From positions 1 to 54,377 of the forward strand of contig CAZDCW010000005.1 of the NCBI GenBank assembly GCA_964504135.1: 54,377 nt of DNA. The letters are read 5' to 3'. Position 1 is the stretch's first letter. Every line of letters starts with the position of its first letter. A program made the translations under genes and the position numbers. The stretch comes from an uncultured Methanosarcinales archaeon (GTDB lineage Archaea; Nanobdellota; Nanobdellia; Woesearchaeales; UBA10216). The notes under the pieces are model-generated. The model was not told the origin of the DNA, made no database searches, and was given only the letters and a program-made list of their open reading frames with translations. Of the stretch, positions 26,743 to 36,000 are shown in pieces.

Positions 26743-27633
26743 ATGCAGTGCAGGAGGTGCAGCAGAAAAGCAGCGGTGGAGACAGAGAATCCTTCTTGCA
26801 TGAGCCATTTTCTTGAGTTGTTTGAAGGTAAAGTCGCCAAGGCAATAAGGCAGTTCCAGCTTCTTGGCCGAAAAGACAGGATAGCTGTGGCTGCAAGCGG
26901 TGGCAAGGACAGCACATCGCTTCTTTACATCCTTCAAAAGCTGGGCTATGATGTGGAGGCCCTAGCCATAGATGAGGGAATCCACGGCTATAGGGAAGGA
27001 ACGCTGGCAGGCCTCAGGGAATTCTGCACGAGCCACGGCATAAAGCTTAAGATTACCTCTTACCAGGAACAGTTTGGATTCACCCTGGACGAGCTGATGA
27101 GCAGAAGCAGCTATAGGAGTCCTTGCATGCCATGCGGCATATTAAGAAGGTACCTTCTCAACAAGGCAGCCAGGGGCTATGATAAGCTGGCCACAGGCCA
27201 TAATCTGGATGATGAGGCCCAGTCTGTAATGATGAATATGATGAAGAGCAACATTCACCTTATGGCGAGGCTGGGCCCGAAAACAGGGGTTATTGCAGAC
27301 AGCAAACTCACTCAGAGGGTAAAGCCCCTGTATTTCTGCACTGAAAAGGAAGTCGCTACATATTCTTTCCTGCAGGGCTTTAGCATTAAGTATTCAGAGT
27401 GCCCGAACGCCCCCAAGTCGTTCAGGGCGATGGTCAGGGACTTCCTGAATGATGCCGAGTCAAAGTCGCCGGGCACCAAGGCTTCAATAGTCCACTCTTT
27501 CCTCAAGCTTTCGCCTCTTCTCAAGCAGATGCCTGTGGAAAGCCCGCTTCTCTACTGCGCTGAGTGCGGCGAGCCAAGCAGCAGGGAAACGTGTAATGCG
27601 TGTAATATTGCAAGAATAGTAATATTTAAATAG
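26743..27633 (+). CDS. tRNA 2-thiolation protein (TtuA/NcsA/Ctu1 family)
   Basis: PP-loop SGGKDS, CMPCGILRR, ATGHNLDDEAQ and terminal Zn fingers. Confidence 0.93.
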   Translation: MQCRRCSRKAAVETENPSCMSHFLELFEGKVAKAIRQFQLLGRKDRIAVAASGGKDSTSLLYILQKLGYDVEALAIDEGIHGYREGTLAGLREFCTSHGIKLKITSYQEQFGFTLDELMSRSSYRSPCMPCGILRRYLLNKAARGYDKLATGHNLDDEAQSVMMNMMKSNIHLMARLGPKTGVIADSKLTQRVKPLYFCTEKEVATYSFLQGFSIKYSECPNAPKSFRAMVRDFLNDAESKSPGTKASIVHSFLKLSPLLKQMPVESPLLYCAECGEPSSRETCNACNIARIVIFK

Positions 27634-27655
27634 TAATACGTAATACTTGTATAGT

Positions 27656-27859
27656 ATGACTAGCTTGACGAGCAAAGGCCAGGTTACAATTCCGAAGCGC
27701 ATTAGGGGCGTACTCGGATTAAGGGCTGGGGACGAAATTGACTTTGAAATAGGGGATGGAAATGCGGTTATCCGGAAAAAACCCAGGCTGGAGATTGAAA
27801 AATGGGCGGGCTACCTTGGCAAACACAGGACAGAGGCTATGATGAAGGAGCTTAGATGA
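27656..27859 (+). CDS. AbrB/MazE-type antitoxin (VapB)
   Basis: LTSKGQVTIPKRIR..LGLRAGD; ATGA-coupled to a PIN gene. Tandem GTAATA(C) boxes at 27619-27646 are a likely operator. Confidence 0.9.
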   Translation: MTSLTSKGQVTIPKRIRGVLGLRAGDEIDFEIGDGNAVIRKKPRLEIEKWAGYLGKHRTEAMMKELR

Positions 27860-28335
27860 TAACAGCGATTGATACAAACATACTCCTAGACATACTTTTT
27901 AGGGATGAGGAATTCTTTCAGAAAAGCAGCCAGCTGCTGGAGAGGCAAAGCGCCCTTGGCGCGCTTATAATTTCCCCATTGGTTTACACTGAGCTGTTGT
28001 CCGCCTTTTTCAGACTTAGCTCTAAAAAACCCGCAGAAGACCTTGATGCGTTTTTGGAAGGCATGGGCGTTCAGGTTTCAGACCTGGGAAAAAACGACCT
28101 GGTACTTTCAGCTGACAGGTGGAGCAGTTTCAGCACTCATAGGAAAATGGCTTGTCCAAAATGTGGGGCGGCAACCTTGTTAAAATGCGGTGCTTGCGGC
28201 CAGGAAATGCATTGGAGAAATCACATAATAACCGACTTTCTGATTGGTGCCCATGCACAAAACAATGCAAACGCTTTGATAACCAGGGACAGGGGGTATT
28301 ACCGCAGATATTTCAAAATTAAAATATTTTCATGA
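27856..28335 (+). CDS. PIN-domain toxin (VapC) with inserted Zn ribbon
   Basis: AIDTNILL, VYTEL, DFLIGAHA and LITRD, with a CPKC..CGAC insert. Confidence 0.9.
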   Translation: MITAIDTNILLDILFRDEEFFQKSSQLLERQSALGALIISPLVYTELLSAFFRLSSKKPAEDLDAFLEGMGVQVSDLGKNDLVLSADRWSSFSTHRKMACPKCGAATLLKCGACGQEMHWRNHIITDFLIGAHAQNNANALITRDRGYYRRYFKIKIFS

Positions 28336-28342
28336 GTTACAG

Positions 28343-28849
28343 ATGTTTATGGACATAGTCAGGCCAAATGGAAACGAGGCAGAGCTGATTAAAATGGCTG
28401 AAAGGCTCGGTATGAAGAGCCTCGCCCTGTATTACCCTGATAAGAAGGGCGCGGAACTCCAGGCAAGGATTTTCGAGCACCAGAAGGATACAGGCGTAAA
28501 GCTGATTAGTGCGGGCAGCAGGGATGGCCACAAGGTAATAAACGACTATAAGCGCAGGAACAAAAAGACGAATATCGTAATAGGCATCTCCCAGCCCCTC
28601 AAGCACGCTGAATACAAGGAGCTTGCAGCAGCTGGCGTAGCGGTATGCTTCCCCTTCTCAGAAATCCTGCAGTCAGGCGCAGGCAGGACAGCCCTGCTGG
28701 AAAGCATAATGCGCAGCATCAGGCTGTGCAGGAAGCACAAGGTTAAGGTTGCAATAGCAACTTTCGCTGAGGACCCTTACGAACTCAGGGATGAGAAGGA
28801 TTTGAGGGCGTTCTATAAGGGGCTGGGTATCGTGGAAAATAATCCCTAG
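28343..28849 (+). CDS. RNase P protein Rpp30-like
   Basis: LIKMAERLG and C-terminal IRLCRKHKV..ATFAEDPYELR pattern of archaeal Rpp30; shortened. Confidence 0.72.
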   Translation: MFMDIVRPNGNEAELIKMAERLGMKSLALYYPDKKGAELQARIFEHQKDTGVKLISAGSRDGHKVINDYKRRNKKTNIVIGISQPLKHAEYKELAAAGVAVCFPFSEILQSGAGRTALLESIMRSIRLCRKHKVKVAIATFAEDPYELRDEKDLRAFYKGLGIVENNP

Positions 28850-28859
28850 ATGAGTAATT

Positions 28860-31800
28860 TTACCGGGCAATACATTTTCCGTTAGCAACTCCCCCCCAGC
28901 CATCACATGCCAACCCATCAAGACATTTTGGCATATTAACCCCCAAGAAGAACTTGCATGGCTCATTGAGCCCTGGCCTTTTTTGGCAGGTTCCGTAGCG
29001 GCCTGCAATGGCATCTTGCACACATTCAAACAATTCAGGGTCTGAACAGTCTGGCAGGGTATATCCGCATTTCTTGCCTTCCCTGCTGCGCATCTTCTGC
29101 TTGTATTCTTCACCATCAGGAGCGCATGTGCCTGTGTTTGACCTGTCCAAGTCCACATGACAGGAAGTCCCGGGATTGTCAGGGTCTGCTGATAGACTGC
29201 AGCATCGTACGCCTTGTCCAAGAGTACATGGTTCGCCTATGAGGAAGCATTGGCGTACTGCATTGTTGGTGCATTCCTTGTTTGTGGCAGCCTTATCAGG
29301 GCATAAGCATTGCTGCACGCCTGCTTTTGTACTTACACAGGCATTTCCATATTGGTCGCAATATACTGAAGTTCCAGCTTCCCCTGCTGGCTCGCAGCTT
29401 ACATAACCCTTTATCCAGTTTCCTGTCACTGGGTCTTTTTTGCATAGGGAATCCTTTGCGGGATCTGGTTCATACATCACTTTAGGTGTCTGTGGGCATT
29501 TCGGCACAGGTTCTTCACAAACGCCAAATTTATTGCATAAGCCCAGCTTGCTGCAGTCCTTTTTATACCAGTTGTATCCCTTTTGGGTGGTTTTGCACAG
29601 GAGGGACATGCCTTGCAAATCGTTTCTCTTAACCATTGGAATATCTGTTGCAGGCGTATTTGTCCCTGGTATGTTATCTTTAGATCCGCCGCATACATAC
29701 AAAGTGCTTAGGGGGCAAGGTATTTTGGCGGCATCAGCGATTTCAACGTACCCGTAAGGGATTCCTGCTAATTTCGGCGGCTTTACAGGGTCAGCCTTGC
29801 ATTGTCCATTATCGCAGCCGTTCGGGCATGGAGAGGCGTCCCTCGTGCCAGCCGCTTGTCCGGTGCAGTGTATGACATACCCGTTATTATTTCCCTGGCC
29901 GCAGACCTTGTCGTTGGCAGACTTGCCGTTGCACTCTGTAAGGGCGGCAGGGGGCGGCACTGCTCCAGGCGGTTGCGTTCCCGGTGGGGCTGCTCCGGGT
30001 CCAGGGAGAGTGGGCTGGCTTGGCGATGCTGCGCATTGGGCATTCTCGGCGCCTTGGGTTGGTTTCACCATTACACATCCATGCTCGCAGGGCTTTTTCT
30101 GTCTTATACCCGGGTTTTGTAAGCAGGGGATTCTTTTGGGGTCTGAGCATGGAGGGCCGCATTCAATTATAAAGTCGTGGTTGCATCCTGAGCCGCAGTA
30201 GTTTTCAATAAGACCGCTGTTCCTGTAGTTGTCCTTGCATTCGTTAAAGTCTTTTTCTCCAGAGGGGGGCGATGGGCATACGGCAGAATCGCATTTTCCG
30301 TTGTTGCAGATGCTGTCAGGCGGGCATTTCTCTGCAACGCCCAAATCGCCTGCGCCAGAGCATGTGATTATGCTTTCAAAATTGCCGCTGCAAGCCTTGT
30401 CTGACTTCTTCTTATTGGAGCACTGCTTATCGTAGCCTATCAGCGGCCCGCTTGCCTTGCAGTCGTTCACCGGCTTTTCGCATCTTGCACCTTTTGCAAG
30501 GGCGTTGAAGAAGTGCCGCTTAATTATAGTATTTCCTGCGTTGTCTTTCTGTGTTGCGCAGCCTTTTGAGAAGGGGTCTGTTTCTTCGCTCCACTTTAAT
30601 TGGTCGGATTCGTATGTTCCTGTAAACTTCCAGCTAGAGGGGCATAATGCTTCGCATAGAGTGATTACTCCCTTATTGTCCGTTCTGGCAACGCAGGCTT
30701 CGTTTTCATTGCAGGCTCCCTTGGCGGTTTCCTTTGCTCCCTGGCAGCGATAATATGCCTGTGTTTGGCCTATACTGTCGCAGTACAATCCATCATTCTT
30801 CCCCTCGCACCTGTTTATGCATTTCCCGTCCTTGCAGCTTCCTGGGCAGTGCTCCGTAAAGTAGCCTTCATTTCCATCGCCCGTGCATTCAAACGTCCAT
30901 GTTTTTTTGTCTTGTTTAATTTCATCAACGCATACCATGAGTCCTGGCTCTGCTGAATTGCATTCATTGATGCCATGCACGTTACGACTTCCCGGCACAC
31001 CGATACACCTGCCAAGCAATTTGACGTTGACCAGTAAGTCATTCACGTCATCCTTGCATGCTACCGAGCATTTCCTCTGGGAAACCATGCCCTGCTTTCC
31101 ATTGCCCAGGCATCTTATTACGTATCCGGCATTCTGATTCTGGCCGCATATCTGCACAGTAGAAGTTGCTTTTTCATGAGGCGCGCATTCAGTTAGCTCT
31201 TCCGCAGCTTTATAGCCCTTTACAGTGCCTGGTGGAGCCGCAGGTGGCTGTGTTCCTGGTGGCGTTGGCTGGCCAGGCTGTGCTGGAGTGGCCGGTTCAA
31301 CACCGCAGCCTGCGAGCAGCGCTGCCTTTCCTTCAGGATTGACCGCCTTGCCTTGCAGGGCCTTGCATTTTGAGTCCGGGTTGTCGGCTGCTATGAAGTC
31401 ATTCCCCTTCTTCTCGCGGCCAGTGTACACGCCTATGTAGTTGTAGTTGTTGACGCAGCTTATTGTCTCGCAAAGCGCTCCATCCTGTTTTACAACATCA
31501 GGATAAACCCTTCTGGGCCATCTGTAATCCCTAATCTCGTAGCATTTATCAATTGGACAGCATGCAGCAACTTGCTGGTCATTGGACACGTCATTCCCGG
31601 CTGAGTCTTTAGTCTTCTCCTGGCCTGCATACGCCTTTCCGAAGGGGCCAATCAACCCTTTTCTCTCATGTGACTTTGCGCATTCCTCAGGCACAGGTTT
31701 TGCTTTGCATAATGGCTGGCCATTGATTTCCTCACATTCTCCTGAGCAGCTAAGAGCGGCTCCGTTTATGTCCTTGGAAAGGTCCTTCTGGCACATTATT

Positions 31801-32738
31801 ATCTGTGTCTTGTCGCTGCTGCACATAAGGTAAGCTGAATCCTGGTTCTTGGAGCATTCGGAGTATTTTCCAAGTTTGGCTTCCTTAGACATGGTGCTCA
31901 TCTCTGTAAGATGCCCAACCTCTGCAATTAGCATATGCCTTGCATCGTCGTAGCGTGTCTCCCACGCAACCCACGCTCCCAGCTTCTTGTCAAAGTACCC
32001 TATTTTGAAGTCCTTGGCCTGGTCTGGGGAGTATTGGCCAGGCACAGCTATTGACAGCAGGAGGGGCGGGTTGAAGTTGGTGCCGTCTGGCCCAAGGTCA
32101 TATACAGTGCTTGTCAGCAGTATGTAGTTCTCTACCTTTGCAAGGTCGGCGTCAATTATCTGAAGGGATAGTTGTGTTACAGGATTTCCATTTTGGTCAG
32201 TGGCCTTTGTGCTGTCCTGGACAGTTAGCTCTGCCTTGCCGTCGTTGAGTGAGTATGTGCCTGGATTTAGGTTTATTGCGTCTTTTCTCTTGATGTAGGA
32301 GTTGAAGGTGCTGAAGGATATCTCTGACAGCCCTGCGTGGATTGTCAGCGGGTAATTCACGTTGGCCGCGATTACATCAGGCGTTTCTGACAATTTTACA
32401 GTTGGCTTGCCCTTGTCTATGCTTATCCCCCTTGCCTGCTGTGATGAGAAGTCTGAGCAGCTTTCAAGCCCTTGGGCTATTGCCGCCTCCTGCGCAGCTA
32501 TGTCGCGAGGCTGCGTCCCGGCATCTTGAGCTTTCAGCAGGGACTCCTTGAGGCACGAGTCTAAATAGGCCTGCAGCGAAAGAGCCTCCTGCTCAAGCTG
32601 TATCTGGGGGGTTTGTATTTGCCCAGGCTGGCTTGGAATCTTTGATAGTTCTGTACGGCTGATTGAGAAGAGGCCGACTACCACAAGGATTAGTATTCCT
32701 GCTATTATGAAGGCCGATACCTGTCCTCTTTTAGGCAT
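28860..32738 (-). CDS. Large Cys-rich surface protein with class III signal peptide and ZU5-like domain
   Basis: MPKRGQ plus a hydrophobic helix, YDLGPDGTNFNPP..W..HLT, many Cys-rich modules and Pro-rich linkers. Confidence 0.85.
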   Translation of the reverse strand: MPKRGQVSAFIIAGILILVVVGLFSISRTELSKIPSQPGQIQTPQIQLEQEALSLQAYLDSCLKESLLKAQDAGTQPRDIAAQEAAIAQGLESCSDFSSQQARGISIDKGKPTVKLSETPDVIAANVNYPLTIHAGLSEISFSTFNSYIKRKDAINLNPGTYSLNDGKAELTVQDSTKATDQNGNPVTQLSLQIIDADLAKVENYILLTSTVYDLGPDGTNFNPPLLLSIAVPGQYSPDQAKDFKIGYFDKKLGAWVAWETRYDDARHMLIAEVGHLTEMSTMSKEAKLGKYSECSKNQDSAYLMCSSDKTQIIMCQKDLSKDINGAALSCSGECEEINGQPLCKAKPVPEECAKSHERKGLIGPFGKAYAGQEKTKDSAGNDVSNDQQVAACCPIDKCYEIRDYRWPRRVYPDVVKQDGALCETISCVNNYNYIGVYTGREKKGNDFIAADNPDSKCKALQGKAVNPEGKAALLAGCGVEPATPAQPGQPTPPGTQPPAAPPGTVKGYKAAEELTECAPHEKATSTVQICGQNQNAGYVIRCLGNGKQGMVSQRKCSVACKDDVNDLLVNVKLLGRCIGVPGSRNVHGINECNSAEPGLMVCVDEIKQDKKTWTFECTGDGNEGYFTEHCPGSCKDGKCINRCEGKNDGLYCDSIGQTQAYYRCQGAKETAKGACNENEACVARTDNKGVITLCEALCPSSWKFTGTYESDQLKWSEETDPFSKGCATQKDNAGNTIIKRHFFNALAKGARCEKPVNDCKASGPLIGYDKQCSNKKKSDKACSGNFESIITCSGAGDLGVAEKCPPDSICNNGKCDSAVCPSPPSGEKDFNECKDNYRNSGLIENYCGSGCNHDFIIECGPPCSDPKRIPCLQNPGIRQKKPCEHGCVMVKPTQGAENAQCAASPSQPTLPGPGAAPPGTQPPGAVPPPAALTECNGKSANDKVCGQGNNNGYVIHCTGQAAGTRDASPCPNGCDNGQCKADPVKPPKLAGIPYGYVEIADAAKIPCPLSTLYVCGGSKDNIPGTNTPATDIPMVKRNDLQGMSLLCKTTQKGYNWYKKDCSKLGLCNKFGVCEEPVPKCPQTPKVMYEPDPAKDSLCKKDPVTGNWIKGYVSCEPAGEAGTSVYCDQYGNACVSTKAGVQQCLCPDKAATNKECTNNAVRQCFLIGEPCTLGQGVRCCSLSADPDNPGTSCHVDLDRSNTGTCAPDGEEYKQKMRSREGKKCGYTLPDCSDPELFECVQDAIAGRYGTCQKRPGLNEPCKFFLGVNMPKCLDGLACDGWGGVANGKCIAR

Positions 32739-32865
32739 GTTCGCTCTTTTTTTGTGGGAAAGGGATATTTAAATGTTTACACAAAAAATTTGCCAATCAA
32801 CTTGACTTCAAAGGCATGGCGGTATTGAAAACCCTCCATCCATTGTTGAAGTTAAACTAATTCCT

Positions 32866-32950
32866 TGCAGGCTGACTCTGCGTTTTTCGTCCCCTTCGTT
32901 TGCCCTTGTTAACATGCCCTTGCGTTAGTACACGAAGAGTAAGCCCACTA
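32866..32950 (+). ncRNA. Short copy C of the dispersed structured element
   Basis: GGCTGACTCTGCGT...ACGAAGAGTAAGCC inverted repeat (12/14). The terminal 23-mer is 21/23 identical to copy B. Confidence 0.5.
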
Positions 32951-33032
32951 TTATTGATTTAAGGCAAAACGAGCTTTTCAATGAGGCCAAAGGCAGGTAA
33001 GTTTTAAATACCAAGCCAATTAAATGTTCAGG

Positions 33033-36000
33033 ATGCTTAAAAGAGGGCAGATAGGCGTTGTTATAATAGTTGGCCTCCTCCTGCTTCTGGTTTTAGGGCT
33101 TTTTGCCATAAGGGCTGGCAGGCCGAATCCTGAGCACGTCCAGTTGCAGCTTAAGGAGGGGTCTGCCCAGGCAAGGGCGTTGCTTGAGGGGTGTGCGAGG
33201 CAGGGGCTGCTGGATGGGATGTCAAAGTATGAGCCCAAGCCCGGGAATGAGCAGGCTTATGCAGGCGCTGTTGAGGAGGCAGTGCAGAAGTGTGACGCCA
33301 CTGAAGTTTCTTTGAGAGGGTTCAGCCTTGCTGCGACAACCCTTCCGCAGGCGTCAGTGAGCATATTTCCGGACAAATTAACCGCTGTGGTGGACTACCC
33401 TGCTGAAGTTGTCACAGGTGATTCAAAAATATTGCTTTCCTCTTTCTCATCAGAAATCCCGAGGACAGCTGCGCTGCAGGTAATCGGCCCAAGCGCTGGC
33501 GAAACGCTTCAATCCCCTGATGGCAGGTTCCAGCTGAACCTTCAGCCAGGCACGAGGATAACTCTGAATGGCCAGCCGGTTGCACAGCTTGGCGTAACGA
33601 TAATAGAAAAGTCCGTTAATAACAGGGGAAACACAATTCTCATAGGCCAGACTGCTTATGAAATATGGCCTGATGGAGTCAGATTTGAGCCTGCGGCTGA
33701 ATTGGTCGTGAAATATGGCAATCTTCCGCCAGGTGTAAGCCCTTCACAGGTTACAATAGCCAGCTATGATGAAAAGAACAGGAGATGGGTTGGCAAGGCT
33801 GCCACCCTTGACGCCAGCCTTGGTGTTGTAAAAGCCAGGGTAGACCATGCTTCGCCGTGGTCTGTCACCATTAACTGCAATGCCCTCACAGAGCCGCAGG
33901 TAATAAATCTTGGTTGGGTTTACAGGGAGCCCTGCTATTCTGGCAAAAGGTCTGGTAAGAGCTGCTCCCCAAGGTGGCTAAGGGGGAGCGACGGCTCATT
34001 ATATGCCCCGCCCGGAGTTGACATTAAGGTTGACCAGAGGATGAACTTTAAGGAGGGTGCTGCAAGGTGCTACAAGAAGGATTGGGGTACAGGCGATGAA
34101 AGGTATGGGTACGATAGCCTGGATGCTGTCGGCGGGAAAGGCACGGTGTCGTTCAAGTTTGTGCAGGACGGCGACAACACCTGCCTGGCAGAGGAGCAGG
34201 CTGCCAAGCTTTTCCTGTCTTGTGACGATAAATGCAAGTCAGTGCGTATAAACGGCGTGGAGGTAAGCGGCACTTTAACAGCAAATGAGCCAAAGGGCAT
34301 GAGGAAAAATGAGTTCTCGGTGATTTACGAATACGTCTTTCCTGCATCTGCGCTGAAGCCCACAGGGCAGGAGAATGTTCTGGAGGTGGAGGCTGAGAAC
34401 AATGCAGAGCACTGCTCAGGCGCCTGGGCGATGCTGCAGCTGTCAGGCATTGGCCTGCTGCCAGAGTGTGGTGAAAAAATCTTCAGGAACTGCCGTTGTG
34501 GCGACGCCCAGACAGTCAATGTGGAATATGACTATGAATTTATGAATGACCTGATTGAGGACGCGCAGAAAAGCTATATTGAGCTGTCTGACGAGGAGCT
34601 TGCTCCATTGTTGAACGGCAAGCCGAAGTACTGCTGCAATGGCGAGGTTAAGGATGCGTGTGAAAAGAAAAAGGAGGAGGCAAAGCCAGTGCCTCAGGTA
34701 CAGCAGCCTCCAGCGCAGCAGCCAGGCCAGCCAGTTCAGGAGCAGCCTCCTGCACAGGTTCAGGACTGCACTGCCCAGGACAGGATTAACTACCTGTGCA
34801 GGTATGGGCCTGATAATGACAAGAATTACAATCCTCTTTATCCGTCGTGCAGCGGTAATGCCAACGGTAAGCCAATCGGTTTCTCTGACAGCGCGATTTC
34901 AGGGGAGCTTGGTTACCTGGTCAGGAACAGGCAGAGCAGGCTGGCTGAATTATCTGATTATATCACTGGAAAATATGCAGGCATTTGCGGTGCCCAGGCT
35001 CAGGCAGTGCCTTCAGTACAGCCGCCTGTTCAGCAGCCTCCGGCCAAGGAGTCAGACCAGTGCAATGGAAAGCCTGATGGAGAATATTGTGTTGAGGCTG
35101 GCAAGTCTGGCGAAATGTTTTACTGCAATGCGGGCAGGCTGGAAAGCAGGGAGTCCCTTGAAGGCAGGAGTATCTTCTACGAGGCTTGCCAGCCAGGTTT
35201 GGTATGCTTTGAGGAAAACAGCAGGTTTAAGGAGTGCAAGGCCAGGCCGGAGGAGCAGCCCGCAGCGCCAGTAAAAGAAGAGCCTGCTCCTGAAACTCCA
35301 AAAGAGGAAATGCCAGCAGAAACACCGCAGCCTGTGGCGCCCGAGCCAAAATTCACAGACGTTGATTTAATAGGGGACATAAGATTTTTTAGCGAGGATG
35401 GGGCCCTGCTGGACCCGTCAAGGATTGTCGCAGGAAAAAAGACAACAGTCAGATTTACACTTGCCAATAAGGGGGAGGTGGCCGCAAAGGGCTTCAAAGT
35501 CGCAATTGTGGCTGGTGACCGTCACATCCAGGAAATTGACGAGTTATCCCCAGGGGCTGAAATGCATATTTCACTTGAATGGATGCCAGAGGAAACACAG
35601 AAGACAGTAGCCGTGGCGATTGACCCTGACAAGTCCTTACCTCAGCGGACTGTGTATTTTCTCGTGTTTGTCTTTATCAAAGTTATCCCCGAGCCAAGCC
35701 CGGAGTGCCAGAGGCCGGGCTTCTTCTGCGTCAACAGCTGGCCAGCCAGGGACTGGTTTAGGTGCAGCGACAGCCTGCAGAAAACAGAGGGCGCATGTGC
35801 AAAAAACGAGCAATGCCGGATGCTGTCGAACGATCTGGCAATGTGCAGGAAAATATGCCCTGACGACATGACCTTTGAAGGCACCTATGGTGAGCCGGTG
35901 AAGCTGCCAGGTGACTCGAAAAACGTGTTCTGTGACAGGGACAAGTTCTTCTTTTACAATGGCGAGGCCCTGAGTGCAGAGCCTGGCAGTAGAAAGGGTG

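Noticed and set aside
26508-26937. Minus-strand ORFs of 60-141 aa over copy B
   Set aside because: No recognisable motifs, the longer ones overlap TtuA antisense, and the A/B alignment has indels that would not preserve a reading frame.
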